The notes under the pieces are model-generated. The model did no database searches. It was not told where the DNA came from and worked only from the letters and a program-made list of their open reading frames with translations. A program made the position numbers and the translations under genes. A stretch of DNA of 64,000 nucleotides. Origin: Gracilinanus agilis (taxonomy: Eukaryota). The stretch lies in NCBI RefSeq assembly GCF_016433145.1, contig NC_058130.1, positions 776,270,791-776,334,790 on the forward strand, written 5' to 3'. This document shows positions 39,101-50,640 of the stretch, piece by piece (position 1 is the first letter of the stretch; each line of letters opens with the position of its first letter).

Positions 39101-40060
39101 TGAAAAAATAGTATGCTTTGATCTACATTCATACTTTGTCAATTCTCTCTCTGGAGGTAAATAACATTTTTCATCATAAGAATTGTCTTGGTCTTTGTTT
39201 TGCTGATAATAACTAAGTCATTCAGATCTGATCATCATACATTATTGTTGTTACTGTATACAACGTTCTCTTGGTTCTGCTCACTTTGCTCTGCATCAGT
39301 TCATGTAAATCTTCTTTTTCTGAAATCATCCTTCTTGTCATTTCTTAAAGCACAGTAGTGTTCCATTGCAGCCATTTACCACAGCTTGTTCAAACATTCC
39401 CCAAATGATAGGCATCCCCTCAGTTTTCAGGACTTTTCTACTCTAAAAATAAATGCTATAAATATTCTTATACAAGTAGGTTCTTTACCCTTTTTTTTTC
39501 TCTTTGGGATATAGGCCATTAGTGGTATTGCTGGGTCACTGGGCATGCACAGTCTTATAACTCTTTGGTCAGAGTTCCAATTGCTGTCCACAATGGTTGG
39601 ATCAATTCACAACACCACCACCAATGCATTAGTGCCCAAATTTTCCCACATCCCCTCCAACATTTATCATTTCCCTTTTCTGTCATATTTGCCAATCAGA
39701 TAGGTGTGAGGTGGTACTTGGAGTTGTTTTAATTTGTATTTCTCTAATCAGTAATATATATATATATGTATGTATGTATATATATATATATATATATATA
39801 CATATATATATAAATCAGATCTGACAGGTGCATTTTTCTATGCTTCCCTAATTTGCTTATATTAGCACCCTTTATGTCTAAATCATGTGCCCATTTTGAC
39901 CTTCTCTTGGAATATGATGTGAGATGTTGGTCTCTATCCAGTTTCTGCCAAACTGCTTTCCAGTTGTTGTTTTTTCAGAAGTGAGTTCTTGACCCAAAAG
40001 CTTGGATATTTGAATTTATCAAACACTTGGTCACCATGGTCATTTGCTACTGTTTATTGT
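36110..40060. mobile_element. L1 cluster: 36110..36560 (+), 36570..37430 (-), 37700..38730 (-, 5'UTR-like), 38860..40060 (-, 3' end); SINE at 37437..37625 (-)
   Basis: L1 3'UTR motifs; reverse ORF2 (ccaatcagataggtgtgaggtggtac); 38570-38730 resembles 21120-21270. Confidence 0.72.
39754..39811. repeat. (TA)n microsatellite with TG/CA interruptions
   Basis: Directly visible, inside the antisense L1. Confidence 0.95.
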
Positions 40061-40067
40061 GTACCAG

Positions 40068-40300
40068 GGACAGCTAGATGGTACAGTGGATAAAGCACCA
40101 GCCCTGGAGTCAGAAAGATCTGAGTTCAAATGTGGCCTCAGACACTAGCTGTGTGACCCTGGGCAAGTCACTTCACCCTGCTTGCCTCAGTTTCCTCATA
40201 TGTAAAATGAATTGGAGAAAGAAATGGCAAGCCACTCCAGTATCTTTGCCAAGACCCAAATTGGGATCAGAAAAAGTCAAACACAGCTGAAACAACTCAA
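40068..40300 (+). mobile_element. Mar1-type SINE
   Basis: gggacagctagatggtacagtgg...gaaatggcaagccactccagtatctttgccaag. Confidence 0.85.
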
Positions 40301-40815
40301 AGTAAATTATGTACCTAATGTATTCCACTGATCCACCACCTATTTCTTAGCCAGGCTAGATTGTTTTGATGTTAACTGCTTTATAGTACAGATTCAGATC
40401 TGGTACGGCTAGGCCACCTTCCTTTACATTTTTGTCTTCATTAATTCTCTTGATATTTTGCTGTCTCTTTTCCAAAAAACTGCTCCATGTTTCTGAATCT
40501 GTCACCAATAGTTAGCATCTCTATAGAGCTTTAAAGTTTGCAGGGCACTTTAAAGATCTTATCTCATATGATCTTCACAACCCTGGAGATAGGGGCTATT
40601 ATTGTCTTCATTTTACGGTCAAAGAAGCAGAGGCAAACTGCGAAGTGACTAGTCAAGGGTCACACAGCTAAGAAGCATCTGAGGTCAGCCTGGAACGCAG
40701 GCTAATGCGTCCTCGGCTCCCCTCAGCGGGGGCATCAGTGATCCGGAGACCTCCTTGCCACTGTTCAGTCGCGTGGTCTGTCGGGATGGAGTCTGCCCCT
40801 ACCAGAACGCTTTGA

Positions 40816-41043
<228 letters not shown>

Positions 41044-42300
41044 TGAGCACTCAGGGGGCCGCTTGGTGGGCCGGGGCAGCCAACTCTGGGAGCTTCTCCC
41101 AGCTCAGAATTTGGTCAGTGTGGGTCTCCTGAGCCACCTTTTTGGATACTGAGGGTAAAGGGTGATAACCAGGGCACCCCTGAAGTGGAGAGAGGGCCCT
41201 GGGAGGTGGGGGAAGACAGGACATGGACTTGGAACAGCCGCCCACATTCTGGTAGCTCTTAAAGGGTTATAAATCACCCTCCTTAGCAGAGAGTATCCCC
41301 GTTCTACAGAGGGGAAAAGTGAGCCTTAGTGAGAGGTTCAGGGACTTGCCTAAAGGCACACACAGCTGGCATATGGCAGGAACAAAATAAAAGCCCATGT
41401 CATGTCTTTGGACACCAGGCCCAGCACTCTTCCCACCACTCTCATGGGTGAGGGCCATTTTTGTAAACTGCCCTCCCTCTGAAGTGCCTATGTTTACTCT
41501 AAAACAAATTGATTTTTGTTCTAAATAACTTTTTTTTTCAAATTTACAGCTAAAAGAAAGTGTGTCTTCTTGTATGTAGTAGGAGGAGACTCCCTCCCTC
41601 ATGCAGTTTTCAGAATATAGAATTGTTCCTATTTTGATATGGCAGTCCAAACAGCTACCATAAACAGGAGGCCTCCTTAAAAAACGCTGATGGGAGAATC
41701 CTTGTCCCCTGGCCTGAGGCTCCACTTTGGAGGCAGGGCATTGGCAAGCTAAAGTATATGCTGGGGAAGGGACTGGAGACCATGTCTCAGGGGCCCCAGC
41801 CGGGCTGCAGACATTGGATCTTCAAGAGCGGACTGAGCTCCCCCCGGAGGTAGGCCAGCCTCACTCGTCGGCAGTGTCGTAGAGGTGTCAGAGGATGGCG
41901 AGAGGATCGGAAGGCCCAGGCTTCAGGCCTCCCAGGGGACGGAAAGTGGCCTGACCTCTGAACTTTGGGTCTCCATCCATTAGTGGAGATGATGCCCTGC
42001 AGGCACGATGGTGGCTGTGGGCCCTTCCAGCTGGGAGGCCTGCCGCGGTCTTTAAGATTCTGTGCAGAGGGTCCCCGTGGCTGTGACCCAAGCTTTGGCT
42101 CCCCAAAGGTTGACCCCAGAGGGAAGAGACACTCCAAGAGGGGAAGGGCTTGCCCGGGACGCCTTGGTCTTCGGGAGCTGAGCTGGAATTCGAGCCCACC
42201 CTCCCCTCTCCCTTCCGCGCCTGCTTTTGTGCCTCCTGCTTCTCCTCCCCTCTGCTCACGTGGGCCCTTCCTTGGTCCCAATCTCTTCTCTCACCGCCAG

Positions 42301-42406
42301 GGCAAAGGAGGCAGATCAGCTGAAGCAGGATCTCCAGGAAGCCAGGGAGTCCGAGAGAAGAACGAAGCAGAAGCTCTTGGAAATCACCAGCAAAGCTACG
42401 TACACG
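42301..42406 (+). CDS. NF2: NF2 exon 13
   Basis: cag|GGCAAAG...TACACG|gtgagc; [35 protein letters not shown]; 106 nt. Confidence 0.98.
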
Positions 42407-42593
42407 GTGAGCGCCTCCGGCCCAAGCGCCCCTCCAGGAGTGGGGAAGTCACTGGGATGGAGGGCTCAGAGGAGCTCTAACCGGCTTAGCCTTCTGCCAC
42501 CCACTCCTGAGCTTCCCCCGGGCCCCGGGTGGTTTGGGGCTTGGGCGGGGTGCGAGCCTCGGCAGGGCCCTCTGAACCGAGCTCTCTCCTCAG

Positions 42594-42724
42594 CCGCCCG
42601 TGAGCTCGAGCACCCCGGCTCTGCCGGCCGACATGCCCGGCTTCGCTCTCATCGGCGAGAGCCTGTCTTTCGACTTCAAGGACACCGACATGAAGCGGCT
42701 CTCCATGGAGATCGAGAAGGAAAA
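42594..42724 (+). CDS. NF2: NF2 exon 14 (contains the S518-equivalent site KRLSMEI)
   Basis: cag|CCGCCC...GAAAA|gtaagt; [43 protein letters not shown](K); 131 nt. Confidence 0.96.
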
Positions 42725-42949
42725 GTAAGTCCCGCTCGGCCCGGCCTGCTCTGTGCGCGACGTGGCCCGGCGAGGAGCAGCTTCCCTGAAGCGTCTGGTC
42801 ACCAGGGAGGAGGGCCGCAGGGGCGAGCCTGCCTGTCAGCCCGCCGAACCCGAGCCCTGGGCTTGTGCCATCGGGGTGCTCCTTGGGGCCCAGGGGGAGC
42901 CCGCCCACATCTTCACGGGGGACGGTGCCCACGACGGAGGTTCCTCTGA

Positions 42950-43351
<402 letters not shown>

Positions 43352-43353
43352 CG

Positions 43354-43691
43354 NNNNNNNNNNNNNNNNNNNNNNNNNNNNNNNNNNNNNNNNNNNNNNN
43401 NNNNNNNNNNNNNNNNNNNNNNNNNNNNNNNNNNNNNNNNNNNNNNNNNNNNNNNNNNNNNNNNNNNNNNNNNNNNNNNNNNNNNNNNNNNNNNNNNNNN
43501 NNNNNNNNNNNNNNNNNNNNNNNNNNNNNNNNNNNNNNNNNNNNNNNNNNNNNNNNNNNNNNNNNNNNNNNNNNNNNNNNNNNNNNNNNNNNNNNNNNNN
43601 NNNNNNNNNNNNNNNNNNNNNNNNNNNNNNNNNNNNNNNNNNNNNNNNNNNNNNNNNNNNNNNNNNNNNNNNNNNNNNNNNNNNNNNNNNN
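43354..43691. other. Assembly gap (338 N)
   Basis: Run of n starting 54 nt after the end of exon 15. Confidence 1.
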
Positions 43692-44359
43692 GGCTTGGCA
43701 TGGCGGCAGCTCGTGGAGCTTCCGTCCTGCTCTGCGCTCTAAGAGCCAGGAAGCGCCTGAGGCCAGACTGAACCCAGATCCTCCTATCCTCCTGACACCA
43801 GGCCGGCACTCTCTACTGTGCTGTCCAGTGGCCGGGCGGCATGGAGCTGGGGGAGGGGCTTGCCCAGGCAGCAGGCCGACCTCGTGGAAAAGGAAACCTG
43901 AATCGAAGGCCCTGACCCCGCCGGCTTCCTGCGGGAGCCTCTGGGCTGGATTTGGGGAACAGAATTCAAAGCTGGGCTGGGCATGTTTCCCCCAGCCGGG
44001 CCGCACACGCCAGGGTCCCCGTGTTCCTCTTCCCAGAGAAGATGAGCCCACCCAGAGACCGCCTCCTTCGTCCCCTGGGGCAGGCAGCTCCCACTGGGGC
44101 CACTTTCATTGGACGTGAGGAGGCCCCCGCCTGGGAAGAAGCAGCCCCGGTCAGTAAATGGCAGGATGCTGGCCTGCTCTCAGGAGACGCCAGTCCGCCC
44201 ATTCTCTTTGGGACACAAGGGCTCATTTTACAGATGGGGAAACTGAGGCCCGGGATGCAGATGGGATGCTTCTCCTCCGGCGGGGGCCTCAGTGTGGTGG
44301 TGGCTCGTTCACCGGAGCTGCAGCCCGTTAGTATTTGGCCCTCATCTTAGATTCGGGCC

Positions 44360-44590
44360 TCTGGGTGGTACTTCAGGTAAAGCCTGGAGCCAGGAAGATG
44401 CCTTTTCCCAAGTTCAAATCCTACCTCAGACACTTCCTAGGAGGGCGACCCTGGGCAAGTCACTTCACCCTGTTGGCCTCAGTTTCCTCATCTGTAAAAT
44501 GAGCTGGAGAAAGAAATGGCAAACCTCTCCGGTGTTGCTGCCAAGAAAACCCCAGGTGGGGTCCCAGAGAGTCAGGCACAACCAAAAAGG
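44360..44590 (+). mobile_element. Mar1-type SINE
   Basis: gaccctgggcaagtcacttcaccc...gaaatggcaaacctctcc. Confidence 0.82.
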
Positions 44591-44919
44591 GACCCGTCAG
44601 TGGCCGCGTTAGAGCTAGGAACCTCCACGTGCAGAGACGTCGCTGCTGGGGAAGGGCCTGCTTCCTCTCCCAGTCCCACTGGTAGGAGCAGGAGCGAGTC
44701 CCCCGTCCCTCTTGGGCTGCCAGGTCTTTCCCTGATTGCCCTGGAGGGCAAAGGCGCAAAGCATTTAGGCCACAGCCAGGCCCAGCACTGGCAGGAGCCC
44801 ACAGGGACGACGTGTCACAGACAGAACCAGCAGTGACCGCCGCGGGCAGGGCACCAGGAACTCTGCTCATATCACACAGGCATGTTCTTGTTTTGTTTTC
44901 ATTTATTTTTCTGGTTTAG

Positions 44920-44955
44920 CCTCAAGCCCAAGGCAGAAGACCCATCTGCATTTGA
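44920..44955 (+). CDS. NF2: NF2 alternative exon 16 coding part (isoform 2 C-terminus; exon 44920..44964)
   Basis: U-rich tract + tag|CCTCAAGCC...ATTTGA GCCTTCCAA|gtaggt; PQAQGRRPICI*; 45-nt exon. Confidence 0.97.
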   Translation, partial: PQAQGRRPICI

Positions 44956-44994
44956 GCCTTCCAAGTAGGTACCGTGTGTGTGGTGACGGGACTG

Positions 44995-45077
44995 TAACAC
45001 TAACCTGTGCATGAGCTTGCCTGTCCTCGCGCTCTGGCCGGCCTCCCTCCGTGCCCCCGGGGCTGCCGAGCTGCATG
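44995..45077 (+). promoter_or_regulatory. Splicing-regulatory cluster downstream of exon 16 (QKI and RBFOX motifs)
   Basis: TAAC (44995-44998) next to ACTAAC (44999-45004) forms a bipartite QKI element; TGCATG at 45008-45013 and 45072-45077. Confidence 0.65.
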
Positions 45078-45361
45078 CGGGCCCCTCCGGCGTCCTCTGG
45101 GGGTGGACGGAGGCCTGCCCCTGCCTGCCCCCTCTGCAGCGCTCCCTTCCGACCCCAAGCAGACACCCTGGGCCCCAGCCTCTCCTGGAGTGCTGCGCCA
45201 AGGCAGGGGGTGAGCGTGTGGCCTGCGGGCACCCAGGTTCAGAGCTGGGAGGCCGCTGTGCGCAGAGGGGGTGCTCGGTCATACGCTTGTTGAGTGAATT
45301 GACGACTTGTTTGGGCTAAATAATCTCAAAACTCCTTTTAGCCCTAAAATCCCGCGAGTCT

Positions 45362-45540
45362 AGGGGCAGCTGGGTGGCTCAGCAGATGGAAGCCAGGCCT
45401 GGGCCCAGACCTGGCCTCACTAACTTCTAGTTTTGTGGCCCTGGCAAGTCCTTTAACCCCAATTGCCTGGCCCTCGTTGCTCTTCTGCCTTGGAAATGAT
45501 ACCTAGCATCAAGTCTAAGACCAAAGGGAAGGGTTAAAAA
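45362..45540 (+). mobile_element. SINE1_Mdo-type SINE
   Basis: ggggcagctgggtggctcagc...gggaagggttaaaaa. Confidence 0.8.
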
Positions 45541-48500
45541 GTGTATTGCAGTCTGTGATGGCGGGCCTTAAGGGCCGCTTCAGAAGGCTTTTCCCACCGT
45601 CCAGCCATCATGTGCGCCATTGCCCTGGGCAGTAGGTGAAAACATTCAGGCCCCAGGAAGTCAGATGCCCGGCATCGCTCAGGAATTGGGGCCCGACTTC
45701 AGAACCTCCCTCAGCTACTTGTTCTTTGTTGAGTCCTGAGCAAGTCTCTTTTCTTCTCTGGGGCCATTTTCTCCTGAGGGATGAGGGCCCTGAGGTCACC
45801 CTCAGCTCCTGCCCTTGCTCCCCTCTGGGTGCCAGTCATGCCAGTGGAGCCTGACTTCCCTTCCTGAGTTCATGCTGGCCCTGGGCAGAGCCAGGTAGAG
45901 AGCAAAAGGAGTCTGTTATTATCACATTCTTTATTGAGAAACAGATATGTTGGAGCCCCACAGAAGGGACACGAGTTACTCAGTGCCACAGAGACCTGGC
46001 GAAAGGCCCCCCCCAGGAGCCGGACAGTCTAACCTTGAGGCCTCCCCATGGGTGTGCAGTGAGCATGATCTGTGAGGCAGGACAAAAGCCCAACTACCTA
46101 GAATGCTCTGGGAAGGGAGAGCCTTGTTAAGTTTTCAGATTAACTCAAGGTTAAATAGAAAATTTTTGTTTTGACCTTCGTTGAAAATCTTCATAAAATA
46201 AATTCATCTACTTTTTTTGGCTAAGTACAATGAACAGGAGAAAATTGAATCTTCTTTTTACTGATGTAGGGTCTTCACATGCCTCATTGCTCCCTGGGCA
46301 GTGTTGTAACTACTGAAGGAATAAGGGAATGGACAGAATCTATCTCTGCTCTCATGTCACACTCTAGAAACTTGTTAGACATTTTCCTTCCTTCTGTCAA
46401 GAGCAGAGTGACCGAGAAAAACAAAAGGATAAATTGAGGGGACGGAGGATTCTGCTTAATAGAGGTTTTACTGTTGCATGGAAATGTGGACCTGGTTTAC
46501 TTCTGGCTCAGTTTTCCTCATTGTTTCTAATTAAATAGGAGTTGTTTTGGCCACACTTGCCCCCTTCACTGCCCTCTCCATCTTGGGGTGTCTGGTTGGA
46601 GCTCTTCTACTGCCAAATGGCCGTGTTTGACCACCCTTGCCCATAGTCTGGGCAGAATGGTCCAGCAGGCTTCTGAGGAAGCATTGAGAGTTCCATGCCC
46701 TGGGGATGGCAAGGGGAGGGGAACTGAAGAGGGCAATGGGTGAACCGAGGAATTGTTTAGTGTTCTAATTTCTACTGTTTTTCAGCCTTAAACTCATAAA
46801 ACTAAAATGTTTTCCACCTGCCATATAGAGCTTATGGTTATTAATGCTGAATGTCCTTCACTCTTTGGGGAAGCCTTTAATGTTTCCTCTAGTTCAAGGT
46901 GGCATTTTGCTATTGCTCAGAGGTTATATGTAAAGGGAAGAGGGAAGCTGCCTTTTCTTCCCTAGCTGAGGACTGACTTCCTAGTGGAACTGAAGGGAGG
47001 CCAGATCTACAAGTCCTTCTCGGGCCTGAGTGAGTCTTGGAGCATGGCCTCAGGCCTGGAGAGGTTACATGGCAACCAAATGGCAGAGGCAAGAACCCAG
47101 GTCCTCCCGTAGCCACTAATCTACCCTGCCACTTAATTTTAGGTGAGAAACTTTGAAAGGAAGGTGGGTGTGGGGGGACAGGAGGCAGGCTCTAGCTGAC
47201 TAGTACTCACGGTGCCTGGGGTACAGTGTTACTAGTGTTTGGTTCGGGGCTGGGAGTCTATTTCCTGTTCTCTCTGATCTCATGTACCAGTTGGTTAGTG
47301 TGGCCATGTTGGCCTTTCCATCTGAGTCAGAGCAATGCCAGCGATGAGAGCTGCCTTCCCTTCCCTTCTCTTCTCAGTGGATTGGTTATGGGTGGATGCT
47401 AGGTGTACACAACACTGTTTCAGGGTGGAGCTAAAGGACATGAATCCCATTTTATGAACCTGTTTGGCTGTCCCAGAAGAGTCTGAGGGTTGGATGTAGT
47501 GAGTGATAGAGGAGATAATGCCATAGTTTGGACTCAGAGAGATCACTAGCCCACACCGTTCCGAAGCTTCCCTGAAGACCATCAGAGGCCTCCCACAACG
47601 ATGGTCCCACCAGAAAGGGTTCTTTCCCAGGGTTTGCTCTTGGATGACTTCTCTGAGTTTGCATGAAAAAAGGGTCAGTGTTTTGACTTGTGTGATTTTG
47701 ATGGGAGGCTGGAGTAACAAAGTGTGTGACCAGAGGAAAAATGCTAGGGCTCTCAGGGTCAGATGGTAGAAGAACCTCTTTTTAAAAAACCAAAATGGTT
47801 TCAGACTCCTGGTTCCATTTTGAAGTTTGGTCTCTAGTGCCAGGCTAGAGCAAGCAATTTGAGATTCCTTAGCATCTGTGACCAGCCTCTTCTGGGCCAG
47901 GGAGACATGAAATCACAGCATCATCTTTAATTTTGTTAGCATTCACCTCTCACTGTAGCTCTGTTGGTATCAAATGAAACACTGAAACACCTCAGGAAAT
48001 AAATAAATCATAGAACGGAAATTGCATATTCATGAAAGGCCTTGACTGCAATTAAAACAAATGGCCACAGCCACCTTGGTGACCTCTGCTCTGCACAGTC
48101 TACTTTGAAGCTACTGGCTCAATATTTTATGCTTAATTATGTGGTTAACATATGAATCCCTCTTGCTGACCTTAGCAAATAGAGTTTTTGTATCCTAGAC
48201 AAAGTGGTCCACCTTGGGGGGACGGATGCAGGACTAGCTTAGAGCATGGATGCCAAATTGTATATGGTAGGTACAGTAGAGAACCCTTCCTCTCCTATTC
48301 AGGGCACTTTTGATTGAGTTAAATTGAGCAAAAACTCAATTAATTCCTCAAGACTTCTTCCGATTTTAGGTGCTTCCCCTGGTAGAGATCTCCTGGATGT
48401 TGGGCGTTGGCTTGTTCCTGGTCACTACCCAGATGGCATTATTAAGGAACCTTTCCCAGATATCAAGGGGTTTTTCACTTATTGAGCACCAACTAGTCCC

Positions 48501-50369
48501 CTTTCTCATATTGTGCTGTTTTAGACTGGAACAAGAAATTGCTGTGGTTTCATTTTTCCCTTCCTTGGATTTCTCCATCAGGCTTTGGTTGGGTGCGTTT
48601 CCTATGTCTAGTTGGAAGAGTTTTTTAGTGGAGAGAGCTCACTCTCCAACTTGCTGCTCCTCCGCCGTCAGCACTGCAGCTTTTTGTTTTTTAAGTCTTT
48701 ACCTTCCGTCTTAGAATCAATACTAAGCATCGCTTTCAAGGCAGAGAAAGCAGTAAGGTCTAGGCAATGGGGGGTCCAGGTAATCTCGGTGGTGGGACAG
48801 TGTCAGCGTGTTAAGATGAATGAACAGTCAGGGTTCAGCCAGAGCCAGGCAGGCTTCATGAAGACTGTTCTGGTCTGCCTCGAGTAAGGTTCATTTTTAC
48901 ACTCTTTGAGATCACACATAAGGTTGGCATGGAAATACAAAGGTATGTTTGGCTTGTCTCCTTGGCTAGGGAGTGGGGAGAGCAGATCAGGGATATACTG
49001 GCCTTTACCCAGAAGGCTATTTCTCCATTTGTCATCCATTGTAACGAACTGAATCAGGGATCAAGGGGGGAGGTTTTTTGTTTCTGGTTTCTCGTTATGT
49101 AAGCTTCTGTGTATGGGAATGGAAAATCCGGGTGCAGTTTGTTGGAGTTTAAAATCTTAAACATTAACTCACTATTTGACGGTTTGTTATGAAGACTTTT
49201 GGGGGAATTTCTGTATTAATACATGTAACGGTGGGAATTTCCTAGGAGTCTGTGTGTGTGGGGGTGGTCTGTAAAAGCTCTTTTTTACAGCCTTTACTAT
49301 TCTTCTGTATTTCCCTGGGGCTAAATAGGGATATTGATCACAATAATTTCAATAATAAGGACTTAGTAAGAGAAGAGTCATACAGGGGTATCTGAGTGAG
49401 GGGTTTCCATCCTCCCTGGAATCTGCTGTGCAGTTCTAGGAGCTCCCCTGTGACTTTGTCATTCAGGAAGGGTTTGAAAGCCCCTGGCAGTTAAGTGATT
49501 TGCCCAGAGTCATACAGCTAGGATGTGTCTGAGGCCACATTTGAACCCAGGACCTCTCCATATCTCGGCCTCTGTCCACTGAGCCACCTGGCTGCCCCCT
49601 CACCACTGCAGCTTCTTGAGCAGGATAGTGCCCTGGTCAGAATTATGTTTTGGAAATATCATTTTGGCATCTATGGGTGGAATGGATTGGAAGGGGGGCT
49701 TAGAGATCTGATTGAGAAGGACCAGAGAGGAATAGTTGTCATGTTCTGGGCAAACTGAACTATACTGTTTCCCAAGCACATTCTACCCTCTTCCATCTCT
49801 GGGCCTTTGCTCGCCCCTTTCCCTATGTCTGAAGTGGACTCCCTCATCTCTTTAGAACCCAAGTTAGGTGCCGCATCCACCTTGAAGCCTTTCCTCAGAT
49901 GAAAATGATCTTTACCTCCACCTCAAAGTTAGAGAGCATCTCAGGTGTCTTCTGGGCCAGCTTATCTCTAAGCAGGAACCCCAAGTGGTCCACTAGAATC
50001 TGAAACCTCCCCCTGCCCTTCAGGCCATCCTTTCTGCTTGGGGAAAATTCTGGTTGCTCAAGAGAATTTCCTACCATTAGGCTACACTCTACTTCTTGAC
50101 AGTCTCTCCCTATTTCTGAACTTTGGGGCCAAGCAGAACCTGCCTCATCTTTCTCATCCCAGCCCTTCAGATGCCCAAAGGTGTTATCTGGGAACTTTCA
50201 GATTTCTCTCCTCCCTGTCGTGCATCCTTCCATTCCTTTGCCCACTCTGCAGGTGTTCTGGGTCTTTGGTCCTGTCACCATCCTGACCACCTGCTCTTAG
50301 GCATGGCCTGGCTTGTACTTCTCACGTGACCTGATCCATGGGTACAGACCCCTCATCTCCCTCCTTTGG

Positions 50370-50640
50370 AGCATCATGCCGAGGCTAGCCAGGATACATA
50401 CTCGGCTACCCTGTCACATTCTTGACTCATACTGGACCAGAAGAAGTCTATGTGATCCAGCTCTGTCTCACCCATCCTTTGCATGTAGAGTTGACATTTT
50501 GAGCCCAAGTTTGGAATTTTATGTTTATCTCCATTAAATTTTACCTTAATTAGCTTTGTCCATAGTTCTAGCCTATCAAGGTCTTTTTGGATCCTGGCTT
50601 TTATCATCCCGACAATTGTGAATTTTACAAGCACAGGGGA
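50370..50640 (-). mobile_element. L3/CR1 RT fragment
   Basis: Minus-strand IQKDLDRLELWTKLIKVKFNGDKHKIPNLG...MSQECD is a CR1 RT C-terminal motif. Confidence 0.85.

Noticed and set aside
44965-44985. 60-nt variant of exon 16 as in human
   Set aside because: The position 15 nt downstream reads gtggtg, a poor donor.
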